A stretch of 50,490 bases of DNA from a virus (Duplodnaviria > Caudoviricetes). Below the pieces are notes generated by a model. It was not told the DNA's origin. It did not search any database and was given only the letters and a program-made list of their open reading frames with translations. Shown in pieces: positions 7,315-16,867 of the stretch. Within the stretch, counting starts at the first letter, position 1. Each line of letters starts with the position of its first letter. Both the position numbers and the translations under genes were made by a program. Location of the stretch: positions 1 through 50,490 of IMG/VR virus record IMGVR_UViG_3300044999_000017; one strand, written 5' to 3'.

Positions 7315-10184
7315 GGTCGCCCCTCACTTGCCCTCCGGCGATTCTGCCTGCTCTCGGGATCTTCGCTTTCCTGTATCGCCTTCTCGGCACCGTAGATCAT
7401 GCCGCGGAACACGTAGGCTTTGACATAGCCTTTGTCGATCAGCCGATCGACAAGTGACTGTCCGCTGTTGGTGCGAATGTCACCGAACACTTTCCGTGCC
7501 GTGGTGAGCGATAGCGGCTGGGATGAAGGAGTTGCCGACAGCTCGAGGATCGCGGTTGCCGTCTCCGGGTCATAGAGCGCACGTCGTTTCGCCTGCTCGA
7601 CCGCGTTCTGCACCTTGGCATTCACAAACCGTGACATGCCGAGCAGCGCAGTGTAATTCGCTCCGGTACGTCCGGTTGAAACCGCACGCAGATCGTTGAC
7701 CCAGCTTTGCATACCAGCACCTGTAGCGCTCTTGACCGGCGAATCGGTGAGGATGGACCCCGCCTGCAGATATTTCGGATCGGTCGCTGCCTGGCGAATA
7801 GTGAAGCGAGAGATGGCTTCCAGCGTATCAAGATGACGCTTGCCTTCCCTCTCGCCAAAAGCACGCGAGAATAGTGTCTCCATGGGCGACGGCGTCTCGC
7901 TGGTGCGCTTCCCCGCCTGCACGATCTTGAGGATCGCTTCCGGGTCGTAATCGCCGTTCTTGAACGGATTGGCCTGCTGAAAAACCTCCTTGACCAGTTC
8001 CTTCGCCGCGCCGCCCTTGGTCGCTGCCAGTAATTGTTCCATCTTCAGCGGATCAGAGAGCGCTGCCTGGAACATGGCCTTGGCTTGAATTGGCCCGACT
8101 GCTTTGGTCACGTCGGAGCCCATGATGTCGCGGTAGCGCTGCAACTCCATCTTCTTCTCATTTTGCAACGTCAGCATCTTGGCCGCTTGGGCATCGATCT
8201 TATCGGCCACTTCCGGTAGCCGGTCTAGTCCGTTGGCGTACTTGGTCTTGAACTCGTTCAGATTCGCCTCGAACATGCGCTCGCTGAACGGACGGTCCAA
8301 AACTGTCTTGCGGAACCTGTCTTGCAAGGCCACATTGAGTAACTGTTTCGCTTGCGGATCCTTGCCAAAGGTTGTATCGAAGTCGCGCATCGCCGTCTCG
8401 CTCGACAGCACTTCATCCATGATCTTTTCCGACTTCAGCGCCTCGCGACCCTCGTAAACACCGCCGCGCTCCTTGCCCATGGCCTTGCCAAGCCCCTCTT
8501 GGAAGCGGGGGGCATGTTCCTTCGCCCAATAACGTCGCGCCTCGCCATAGGCCGCTAAAGTCTCCGGTGACATCTTTGTGCTGTTGATGGTCTCCTGTAC
8601 TTGAGCCTCGAGCTCCTTGGCGCGGTTGAAGGAGACATAGTTCTCGCTCGACTTGGCGTTGCTTGCCGCCTCTCCCAACGCTCGCGACAGGTCATTGGCT
8701 TCTTTCAGCGTCAGCGGCTTGCCGGCACTGTCCGCTTCCGCCTTGGCGCCCGCGCGCTCCGCGGCGAGCTCGTCGGGCAGGAGCAGAGACGCTTCGCCAC
8801 CCTGCTTGACCTCGGTGGCCTTGAGCAAGTCCTTGACCACCGGAGGCACCTTGCTCGGATCGACCTTGCTGTAGAAGTTCTGCAGGATTTCGGTTGCCTG
8901 CTCACGCACCGCACCAACCTTGATCTGCACGCCCTCTGTATCGGCCATCTGCTCGGCCTGCAGATACTTGCCGGAGGCGATCTGGTAGGACTCGCCGGCC
9001 ATCTTGTCGCGAAGAGCCCGGGCCTTGTCGCCGACCTCATGCTCCTCGCGGACGTTGAGCCGCGGGAACGCTTCCTTGACCTGTCCGGTCTCGGCGGTCA
9101 GGGCATCAACCTTCTTCTGAGTGAAGGCTTGGAACGCCTTCGCAGACGCTTCGATGCCCTTCTCGTCGGCGGGCAATTTGGCACCCTGCACCAGCCGGTC
9201 GTACGCACCCTTGATCGACAGCTTCATCCCGGTCACGCGCTCGGCCATGGTTGCCGCTTCTTTTGCCGAATCCGGCCGTGCTCTGGCAGTCGTTTCTGTC
9301 AGCGATGGGACCAAGGTACGTTCACCCAAGCCCCAGTCCTTCGTTTCCAGCCCGGTCACTTTCGCATCCTCGACGAACGCCTTAGCGTTGTCGGAAGCTC
9401 GGTAGTCCTGACGAATGAGACCGGCGACTTGCCGATTGGTGAATTCCTGAATCAGACCGTTCGTTTTGGCCCGCAAGGCTCCAAATTCGTCGGCAAAGAT
9501 CGGCCACAGGCTTCGTTCGTCGCCAGCCGCTTGCCGCGCTCGAGCCGATTGAAGCGCTGCCGGGATGGACTTCACTCCGGAGCCCACCTGCCCGACAACC
9601 TCGCCCATTGCCCGCACGCGCCCCACGTTAGCCTGCGCACCGACCCCACCACCAAGCACTGTCCCCGTTCCTTCTCCGGTGGCGCGATATTTCTCACCAC
9701 CGAAATAACTGAATAGACCGCCCATCATCGAACCCGCGATGTCGGCACCTTCGCCCATGCCCACCGCGGCAATGATGTTTCTGGCGAGACCACCGCCCAT
9801 GGGCATCGTGAGCATGCCGCCAGCACCTTCTGCTGCTCCACCCAGCACCTTGCCGACAAAGGTTTGCGGATTCTTGGCCCGCTCATTGATGGCCTTGGCA
9901 TCATCTTCAAAAACGGGGCGCATGATCCGGCCGGCGATTTCACCTGCCTTGCCCGTTTCTGGAATGAGCGGACCCACTGCGGCATGGATACCAGCCTTGA
10001 TAAGCTCGTCGCCGCCACGTACTCCCTTCTTGACTCGTGCCGACAGGTCTCCGCCAACGTCCGCTAGAGAATGCCCGCCGACAGCAGCCGGCGCAGGCTC
10101 CGCATCGGCGAGCGGAACCGACTTGGGTTCCCAGTCGCCAAGCTGCTCCTTGATGCGATCGGCAACGTCTTGTGAAACGGGCAT
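7311..10184 (-). CDS. large internal virion / DNA ejection protein
   Basis: 957 aa, Ala-rich and helical with Gly-rich hydrophobic N-terminal segments; last of three ejection-like genes after the nozzle. Confidence 0.65.
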   Translation of the reverse strand: MPVSQDVADRIKEQLGDWEPKSVPLADAEPAPAAVGGHSLADVGGDLSARVKKGVRGGDELIKAGIHAAVGPLIPETGKAGEIAGRIMRPVFEDDAKAINERAKNPQTFVGKVLGGAAEGAGGMLTMPMGGGLARNIIAAVGMGEGADIAGSMMGGLFSYFGGEKYRATGEGTGTVLGGGVGAQANVGRVRAMGEVVGQVGSGVKSIPAALQSARARQAAGDERSLWPIFADEFGALRAKTNGLIQEFTNRQVAGLIRQDYRASDNAKAFVEDAKVTGLETKDWGLGERTLVPSLTETTARARPDSAKEAATMAERVTGMKLSIKGAYDRLVQGAKLPADEKGIEASAKAFQAFTQKKVDALTAETGQVKEAFPRLNVREEHEVGDKARALRDKMAGESYQIASGKYLQAEQMADTEGVQIKVGAVREQATEILQNFYSKVDPSKVPPVVKDLLKATEVKQGGEASLLLPDELAAERAGAKAEADSAGKPLTLKEANDLSRALGEAASNAKSSENYVSFNRAKELEAQVQETINSTKMSPETLAAYGEARRYWAKEHAPRFQEGLGKAMGKERGGVYEGREALKSEKIMDEVLSSETAMRDFDTTFGKDPQAKQLLNVALQDRFRKTVLDRPFSERMFEANLNEFKTKYANGLDRLPEVADKIDAQAAKMLTLQNEKKMELQRYRDIMGSDVTKAVGPIQAKAMFQAALSDPLKMEQLLAATKGGAAKELVKEVFQQANPFKNGDYDPEAILKIVQAGKRTSETPSPMETLFSRAFGEREGKRHLDTLEAISRFTIRQAATDPKYLQAGSILTDSPVKSATGAGMQSWVNDLRAVSTGRTGANYTALLGMSRFVNAKVQNAVEQAKRRALYDPETATAILELSATPSSQPLSLTTARKVFGDIRTNSGQSLVDRLIDKGYVKAYVFRGMIYGAEKAIQESEDPESRQNRRRASEGRP

Positions 10185-10185
10185 G

Positions 10186-11619
10186 CTATTCCTCGTTGGA
10201 TGGAAGTTCGAACATGTCCTTCTTGTCCTTCCCGAACGTCAGGTACTCCTTGCCGTCAATCTTGATCTTCTTCGCCTTGCCTGTTTTCACGACCATGTCG
10301 ACATCGCCGTGCAAGGTTAACGTGGTCGGATCCTGGCCCATCTTGTCCTTGTAAACCGCCGCCCGGTGCAGCTCGACTTTGAGCAGGTCACTATGACGAT
10401 CGGCCGCCAACTGTTTCATTTCTCGCGTGGTCTGCAGCATCACGTCTTTGGCAAGAATCTTGTCGCCCTCACCAATGGTCGTCGCAAACTTCTCGACGCG
10501 CTGCAGCATGCCATTCATCTTGCCAAGTTCTGTTTCCTGAAACTTGCCCCCACTACGAGAGCGGAAGTTGTCTATTTCGAGCTTGAACTGATCGGCCAGG
10601 GTACGAGCCGTCGCGGTTGTTACGTCGGCATAACCGCGAGCGAGGTCAGTCAGTGACCGCTCGACGCGATCGGCAACCTCGAATGCCTTGTTGTAAGCTG
10701 GAATCTGGTATTCCTTGGCGTCCTTCTCGACCTGAGTCTGAGTGTCCTTGAACAGCGTGTAGTCGAACTTCTTGTCGCGCATGTTCATCATCGCCGCGGT
10801 ACGCTTCTCAGACTCAGCAAGACGACGATCGGCTCTGGCTGCATTCGTCTGTGCGATGGCTGCCTGTTGATCGAGCTGCTTGTCGCGCTGCGCTTCCCTG
10901 ACTATTCGATCATCATCCCGCTTCGCGTTCTCTCTCGCCGTTTCGATGTCCTTTTTTTGCCGCAGCGATTCCGACGCAGTAAGGCTCTGCTTCTCGACGG
11001 TCTCCAAGGCCCGCTTAGTACCCGGGCCCCAGATTATTTGTCCGGTGATCGGCTCCCGATTGAACGATGCGCCTTGCAGGGACTGTGGGTCGATGCGGCG
11101 CATCTGCGAGAGCACGTCGGGAAGATTCGAACCGTCTGGTTCAGCAGACCCAGCCGCGGACGACAATTCCTGCCGATTCTCCTTCCGTAACGTGATCGCC
11201 TTTCCGTACAGATCCTTGAACTTGGCCTCCTCCCCTTCCGAGCGCTTGATGAAGTTGTCATAGGTCTTCATGTCGCCGCCACCGGAAAGCACCTGATTCG
11301 CCGCTTCGCGGTAGGTCTTTGCCGTCTGCTGTGCTGCGCGCATGCCGTCGACCAGGGGGTTTCCCATATCGGTCGCGGAAATACTATCGAAGCCATCGGC
11401 AACGCCGGACTCCGAAACTTGCTTGGCCGTCTGGGTGCGGTTCATCTCGGCCAAAATCTTCCGGCTCTGATCCTCCGCCGCCATTTCCTTCTGCAAAGAC
11501 TGAGTCTGCGCCTGGTGAAGCTGGGTCAACTGTTGCGTCGCCTCGATGTTGGCGTTGCTCTGCCCAAGGTTGTTGATGCCTTGCAGCACGCTTAGGGTAT
11601 GGGTCAGGTAGTCAGGCAT
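10186..11619 (-). CDS. internal virion / ejection protein
   Basis: 477-aa Gln-rich coiled coil at the podovirus ejection-gene position. Confidence 0.6.
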   Translation of the reverse strand: MPDYLTHTLSVLQGINNLGQSNANIEATQQLTQLHQAQTQSLQKEMAAEDQSRKILAEMNRTQTAKQVSESGVADGFDSISATDMGNPLVDGMRAAQQTAKTYREAANQVLSGGGDMKTYDNFIKRSEGEEAKFKDLYGKAITLRKENRQELSSAAGSAEPDGSNLPDVLSQMRRIDPQSLQGASFNREPITGQIIWGPGTKRALETVEKQSLTASESLRQKKDIETARENAKRDDDRIVREAQRDKQLDQQAAIAQTNAARADRRLAESEKRTAAMMNMRDKKFDYTLFKDTQTQVEKDAKEYQIPAYNKAFEVADRVERSLTDLARGYADVTTATARTLADQFKLEIDNFRSRSGGKFQETELGKMNGMLQRVEKFATTIGEGDKILAKDVMLQTTREMKQLAADRHSDLLKVELHRAAVYKDKMGQDPTTLTLHGDVDMVVKTGKAKKIKIDGKEYLTFGKDKKDMFELPSNEE

Positions 11620-11621
11620 GG

Positions 11622-12377
11622 TCAGCCGCCGAAAAGAGAGCCAATGTCGGGAATCTGATCGGTGCCACCGAAGATGTCGTTGATGATGTTGACGTCACCC
11701 GACGACATATCGCCAGTCACGGCATTGGTGTCCGTAAGCGCACCGCCAAGACCACCGGAAGCGGTGCCGGGGTCAGTAAGGCCGTACCCGGTAATGTCTC
11801 CGCTGGTGACTCCGCTCCCACCGCCAAACATTTCCCCGATCTGTTTAGCAAGCCCAGCCGGAAGACCCGCCTTAACCAGCGCATCGATAATTCCGCCAAT
11901 CCCGGCAAGACCCGCGCTGATCCCTTTTTGTTGATTTTGTTGGCCCATCTGTGTCGCGAACGCAGCAGCACCGGGATTCCCAGTCGTGGCCCCGGTGAGC
12001 GGTAGAAGCTCGTTGTATTTCATCTTCTCGAAGTCGAGCGCCGACGATTGGCCGAAGCTGAACAGGGACGCGAGCTTGTTCCCTGAATTTCCCATGCCCG
12101 CAGCACCCGCATTGCGCGCGACTGCCTCACCGCCGACCGACTGCGCTGCCTTGAACGCCGGATCATTGAAAATCGCCGACGGGTCCGACATGAACTGCTG
12201 CATCTGCTGCTGATACTGCGGGCGCTGATCCATGAACGGATCGGCGATATGAGCCACTTGACTCGCATTGCTCGCATCCTTCCCGCCCAACGATTGGATA
12301 AGGCTGATGATCCCAGCAATGTCGGTCCCAATACCCTGTCCCGGAGTGAGATTGCTACCAGTCGTGGCGTCTGCCAT
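11622..12377 (-). CDS. DNA transfer / pilot protein (P22 gp7-like position)
   Basis: Gly-rich; DPAFKAA...AVARNAGAAGMGNSGN.L..L..FGQ..A motif typical of podovirus pilot proteins. Confidence 0.65.
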   Translation of the reverse strand: MADATTGSNLTPGQGIGTDIAGIISLIQSLGGKDASNASQVAHIADPFMDQRPQYQQQMQQFMSDPSAIFNDPAFKAAQSVGGEAVARNAGAAGMGNSGNKLASLFSFGQSSALDFEKMKYNELLPLTGATTGNPGAAAFATQMGQQNQQKGISAGLAGIGGIIDALVKAGLPAGLAKQIGEMFGGGSGVTSGDITGYGLTDPGTASGGLGGALTDTNAVTGDMSSGDVNIINDIFGGTDQIPDIGSLFGG

Positions 12378-12378
12378 A

Positions 12379-12954
12379 TCACGGACCTTTCGAAGCCTGA
12401 CCCTTCATCAAATCGTTGAGCAAACCCATAATCGAATTACCCCAACCGCCAGCACCCATGCCCATGCCACCCGCTACCAGCATCGGAATCATGGGACCGA
12501 TAATGTCGAGCAGTGTGGACTTACTCCCGGTGATTTTACTCGTCACATTCGATTCCGGTGTGAGTTGCCCGTAAATACTGTCTTGCATTTTCGTCGGATC
12601 AATCAGCGAGTGCCACATCACATCGCCGCCGCCCATGTCGTACTGCTTCTTGCTCTGCGCATTGAAACCGCCGACCGGGATTCTTCCCGCGCGTTCACCC
12701 GCAGCCCCGGTTTGCGGCACCGCAGGAAGCTTCCCCTGATCATAGGAAATGTCGTAGAAATTGTTTTCCCCGGTCTGCTGGATCGAGGCATTGGGATCGT
12801 ACTGCTTCAACTGCGCCAAGCGCGCAAGCAAATCAGGATCGGTTGCCGACTGCGAACTGCTGCCGGCAAAGGTCTGCCCCTGATTGCCGCTGGCTCCCGG
12901 AGTCTTGATCATCTGCCACGGAAGATTGGCGAGCCAGGAAAGATCAATCGGCAT
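12379..12954 (-). CDS. putative virion protein
   Basis: 191-aa ORF coupled to the nozzle gene, with a Gly-rich hydrophobic C-terminus. Confidence 0.55.
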   Translation of the reverse strand: MPIDLSWLANLPWQMIKTPGASGNQGQTFAGSSSQSATDPDLLARLAQLKQYDPNASIQQTGENNFYDISYDQGKLPAVPQTGAAGERAGRIPVGGFNAQSKKQYDMGGGDVMWHSLIDPTKMQDSIYGQLTPESNVTSKITGSKSTLLDIIGPMIPMLVAGGMGMGAGGWGNSIMGLLNDLMKGQASKGP

Positions 12955-15260
12955 CAGCTTTCGCCTTCGCTGTAAGTAATCTCAGCCGCTTCCCAGCGCG
13001 CGGGATTGCTGTCCTGTTGCGAAAACCGGAACGCACGTCTCCTGCTTGAGCCCAGTCGATACATCCGCGGTCGATCGCTGGAATTGACCATTTGCGTCGG
13101 CTGGCTGAAAGTCGCATAGTCATCGTCCGACCACGACACAGCAATGGTGGCCGGCGACTGATCGGCAACGAAGTCGAGACAGCCCCAGAATTTGCGCTGT
13201 AAGCTACCGCCATCGAGTTTGTCGGTCTGCACCATCACCGGAAAGGGCACTGCATCGTCGTCGAAATAATCCTTGCTCGCAAAAAAGGTGTTGCCGGCTC
13301 GGTTGCCCCAGCCAAGCCACACGTCGGCTCCGGAGAAGTAGGTCACCGCATGGCTCCAGTTGAAACCTCCGGGGGCGGTCCAGACGTGCCACTGCTGAGT
13401 GTCCATGTCGTAAACAAGAGCGATTCGAGTCGACAGGTTGAAGCACAGCACATAGAAAGTGTGGCCTGTCCCAGCCGCGGTCACAAACGATTGCGTGTCC
13501 ACCGCCAGGTTCTCGTTCACTACCCGATCAACCCAATCGGAACTGACTTTCTTCGGCACCATGCCGTCCATGATGTAGACGCCCCAGTTTCGCTCTGGGG
13601 TAGCGCCGACCCAGATCAGCGTGTTCTTGATGTTCTGGACCGTGCTCGCCTGCGCGCAGCCCATGCGCAGATTGGCATTGATGTACGGATTGATCGGGAT
13701 GCCCGGAGGAGGATTGCCGGCATCGTAGAAGAATTGAATGGTGAACTGCCCGAACACGGTAACGTAATTGAGGTACTTGCCGACCCAGATCGCAGGATCG
13801 TCTTCGTAGTCGGCAGTAGTGAACTGAAGCGACGGCCAGATCGTCGCGTCGTCGATCTTGCACGCAAGTATCGTTCCTCCCGGCGTGCAAACGTAGGCGA
13901 AGCTATTGAGCACCGCGATCCCCGGAACCGTGACCGCCGGATAATTCGGATCGACTACTTTGGTCACGGCTCCATTTGCCAACACCCAGAAATTCGACTG
14001 GTTCTTGAGCAGCAGGATAGTGCCGTTCTCGAAAGTGTTGAACTGGTACGGCTGATTGATCACAGCAGGCGAGAGCGTGTAGCTTGCCAACTGCATCGTA
14101 TTGATGTTGCCAAACCAGACATCGGCATCCTCGGAACCGAGTAACCCTCCGGCAAACACCCACAGCGTCGGAAAGCGATAAGGCGATACCGTGGTCGGCG
14201 TCTTGAATGCCTGCACGCACGGACTACCGCGGGCGCTGAAGCCCGGCATTGAAGTGACCAGACTGAACGTGATTCCATTGACCGAGGAGTACACGTCGGC
14301 CACTTGGGTTGCCCCCGCCGTGACCCCGCCGATGACCCAAATCTTGTTGTTGTAGACGGTAGCACCCATCCGATAGCGGGCGCTGGCAAATGCTGCTGCG
14401 GTGGTCTGAGTCCAATTGATACCATCGGGCGTTGACCACACATCGTTTTTCAACCCAGCATCAGTGCCGCCCATCAGGTAAATCTTGCCGTTGAACACGG
14501 CGTAAGCAAAGCCTGTCCTTGCCGACCATGCCGCCGCGGTTGAGATCTGGGTCCAATTCACCCCGTCTGGGGTCGACCAGACATCGTTTTTGTAACCCCC
14601 GGCCCCATCATCGCCACCGAACAGGATCATGTTGTTGCCAAGAACAACCAGACCGAAACTTTGTCGTGCGCTCCACGACGCATTCGCCGTTACCTGCGTC
14701 CAGTTGGTCCCGTCAGGCGAGGACAGCACGTCATTTAAAACAGTGCCCGCTGGCTGACGACCGGCCAGCATGTAGATGTTATCCTGAAACACTACGCAGC
14801 GATGATCGAGTCGGAGAACTCCTGCTCCGGCGGTTGCCAGCGACCAATTGATGCCATCCGCAGTCGACCAGATGTCGCCGTGCGGATTTCCAGCGGAGTC
14901 GATACCGGCACCGAGCACAAACATGCTGTCGTGGAAGATCACACTCTGCTGACTAGTGCGTTTTGCCCATGGAGGTCCAGCCAAAGTGAACGCAGTGCCA
15001 TTGGTACTCGAATTGACGAGGCTCGACAGGTACAAAACATCGCGAATCACCGCGTAGATCGCGCCGTTGCTGTAGATCGCGCCTTGAAAGTTGGCAAGAT
15101 CGCTAAAAGTCGTGCCGTGCAGGGTTCCCGGGCGCTTCATCACGTAGGATTTGTCGCCATGCTTGCTCAAATAGGCGTTTTGCACGAACGAATCCTTGGC
15201 CGTGATGCTGCCATCGCGACTTGCAAAGGCTTGCGCCAACGGATAGCGGATTTTCGCCAT
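12954..15260 (-). CDS. tail nozzle/hub (P22 gp10-like) with inserted Kelch-like propeller
   Basis: N-terminal KRPG; C-terminal SWSDD..TFS...RLGSSRRRAFR typical of gp10-like stabilisation proteins; internal NDVWS.PDG.NW repeats. Confidence 0.75.
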   Translation of the reverse strand: MAKIRYPLAQAFASRDGSITAKDSFVQNAYLSKHGDKSYVMKRPGTLHGTTFSDLANFQGAIYSNGAIYAVIRDVLYLSSLVNSSTNGTAFTLAGPPWAKRTSQQSVIFHDSMFVLGAGIDSAGNPHGDIWSTADGINWSLATAGAGVLRLDHRCVVFQDNIYMLAGRQPAGTVLNDVLSSPDGTNWTQVTANASWSARQSFGLVVLGNNMILFGGDDGAGGYKNDVWSTPDGVNWTQISTAAAWSARTGFAYAVFNGKIYLMGGTDAGLKNDVWSTPDGINWTQTTAAAFASARYRMGATVYNNKIWVIGGVTAGATQVADVYSSVNGITFSLVTSMPGFSARGSPCVQAFKTPTTVSPYRFPTLWVFAGGLLGSEDADVWFGNINTMQLASYTLSPAVINQPYQFNTFENGTILLLKNQSNFWVLANGAVTKVVDPNYPAVTVPGIAVLNSFAYVCTPGGTILACKIDDATIWPSLQFTTADYEDDPAIWVGKYLNYVTVFGQFTIQFFYDAGNPPPGIPINPYINANLRMGCAQASTVQNIKNTLIWVGATPERNWGVYIMDGMVPKKVSSDWVDRVVNENLAVDTQSFVTAAGTGHTFYVLCFNLSTRIALVYDMDTQQWHVWTAPGGFNWSHAVTYFSGADVWLGWGNRAGNTFFASKDYFDDDAVPFPVMVQTDKLDGGSLQRKFWGCLDFVADQSPATIAVSWSDDDYATFSQPTQMVNSSDRPRMYRLGSSRRRAFRFSQQDSNPARWEAAEITYSEGES

Positions 15261-16036
15261 CAGCGACCCATTCCCATCCGGTAATCAGGCTGGAACCACA
15301 TCGGCGCCTGCTCCTGCGCGCCCCAGTTGGCAATCTCTTCAAGTGCCTGCGCCGCTTCCTGCTTGACGCGCATCAGCCTTTGCTCGGGAATCTCGTACTT
15401 GTCTCCGACCGCAGCAGCTAATCCCTTGGTCAGCGCTTCGTAGCACTCCAACGGCAGGTCGAAGGTGTCGCCCGGATTCACAATGTCCTGAATCGGCCGA
15501 TGCACTTCGAGATAGACCGTGCGCGTGGCGTCGATCGGCGTGACATAGAGCTTGAGCACCCCCATGGCGTTCGCTGGGTTGTAGGCAGCATTCGGCGTCG
15601 CCGTCATCTGCGGATCGTAATAGAACGAATTGGCGTATCCGGCGACGGTCTTACTCCCCAACTGCTGATACTCCATGCGCGAGAGCAGGGTGAGCTGCAC
15701 GTCGAAGTTCTGTCCGGCAGTGGTGAAGCGAATGAACGTGCCTTCCAGAGCTCGAAGCGGCCGATAGGAAATAACGTCGGCCCCGGCCGGGCCAATGGTG
15801 TAGCTCGCCTTGTTCGCCTGACAGGGAATGACCAGCGTATCGCGGCACCACAGCCACAGCCCCTTGATGCCCCATTTCTTGAGCAGGAAATTGAGCTTCA
15901 GCGTACACGTCACAAAATCATCGGCGCTCGGTGTGCCGTTGGCTCCGAGCAGGCGCAAGTCCGAAAGCGCGTCGGCGATGATCTGATCGCGAGTAACGGT
16001 AACGCTATTGATGAAACCGCTGGTTTGCGAGCTCAT
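15260..16036 (-). CDS. head-tail adaptor (P22 gp4-like)
   Basis: TRDQIIADAL..L..LG...TPS...LNFLLKKW, SYTIGP and LP.E.YEAL..GLA motifs; lies upstream of the nozzle. Confidence 0.75.
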   Translation of the reverse strand: MSSQTSGFINSVTVTRDQIIADALSDLRLLGANGTPSADDFVTCTLKLNFLLKKWGIKGLWLWCRDTLVIPCQANKASYTIGPAGADVISYRPLRALEGTFIRFTTAGQNFDVQLTLLSRMEYQQLGSKTVAGYANSFYYDPQMTATPNAAYNPANAMGVLKLYVTPIDATRTVYLEVHRPIQDIVNPGDTFDLPLECYEALTKGLAAAVGDKYEIPEQRLMRVKQEAAQALEEIANWGAQEQAPMWFQPDYRMGMGR

Positions 16037-16042
16037 GATTTC

Positions 16043-16867
16043 CTAGCTTGACCAAAAAACGACGCAGTATCCGTCACGTCCAGCCGCGCCGGTATTGACC
16101 GAGTTCGGCCTCTGCCCACCAGAGCCACCGCCACCTGTGCCGTAAGCCGTCGCAGCCGGCAGACTGCCGTTAGCATGGCTTGCTCCGCCAATCCCACCCG
16201 ATCCCCAAGGTGACGATCCACCACCACCGCCACCGCCATCAAACGTGGGGGTTCCGCCAGTACCGCCGACGCCTCCTGGTGTCGCTTCAGCTATCCCACC
16301 CGGCGCTGCGGTAAAGTTCACCTCGCCTGCCGAGCCGCTGCTGCCGCCCTGATAAGTGCTCGTCTCAAGCCCCGCCATATAACCACCGGGAGCGCCCACA
16401 ACATTGCCTTGTATAGATCCTCCAATGATGTCGTAACAACCACCGCCATCACCGCCCATGTCTGCGCCACCGGCAGCCGTGAGCGGCTGAAGCTCCGGGT
16501 GATACACAACATGCGGATTGCCCTGTCCGGCGGCCACCCCGCCCCATCCCCCGTCAGCACTTGCAGCACTGCCAAACATGCTCGTCCCGCCGTGCACTCC
16601 TCTCAGATTTCCCAAAACCGCGCCAGCACCACCAGCACCAATAGTTATCGGGACCGTACCGCCTGAAGGCACGGCTATCAAACGACTTCGGCAAAATTCC
16701 GCAGCACCGCCGCCGCCGCCGCCATTGCTAAGAAATGGTGAGTTGGGCGGCCAATCCGAAGCGCCACCGCCACCGCCGCCAATCATGGTCAGCCACACCG
16801 CAGTAACACCGACCGGAACATTGAATGTCCCGTTGGCGGTGAATTCCTGTGAATGCAGCGTTGCCAT
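16043..16867 (-). CDS. glycine-rich tail fiber-like protein
   Basis: Start MATLHSQEFTANGTFNVPVGVTAVWLTMIGGGGGG (TAATG overlap); ends G.AGRDGYCVVFW. Confidence 0.75.
   Translation of the reverse strand: MATLHSQEFTANGTFNVPVGVTAVWLTMIGGGGGGASDWPPNSPFLSNGGGGGGAAEFCRSRLIAVPSGGTVPITIGAGGAGAVLGNLRGVHGGTSMFGSAASADGGWGGVAAGQGNPHVVYHPELQPLTAAGGADMGGDGGGCYDIIGGSIQGNVVGAPGGYMAGLETSTYQGGSSGSAGEVNFTAAPGGIAEATPGGVGGTGGTPTFDGGGGGGGSSPWGSGGIGGASHANGSLPAATAYGTGGGGSGGQRPNSVNTGAAGRDGYCVVFWSS

Noticed and set aside
8601-9716. Long plus-strand ORFs opposite late genes (also 13350-14144, 26438-27127, 28581-29327) and minus-strand 33208-34425
   Set aside because: Antisense shadows of well-supported genes in GC-rich DNA, with no recognisable motifs
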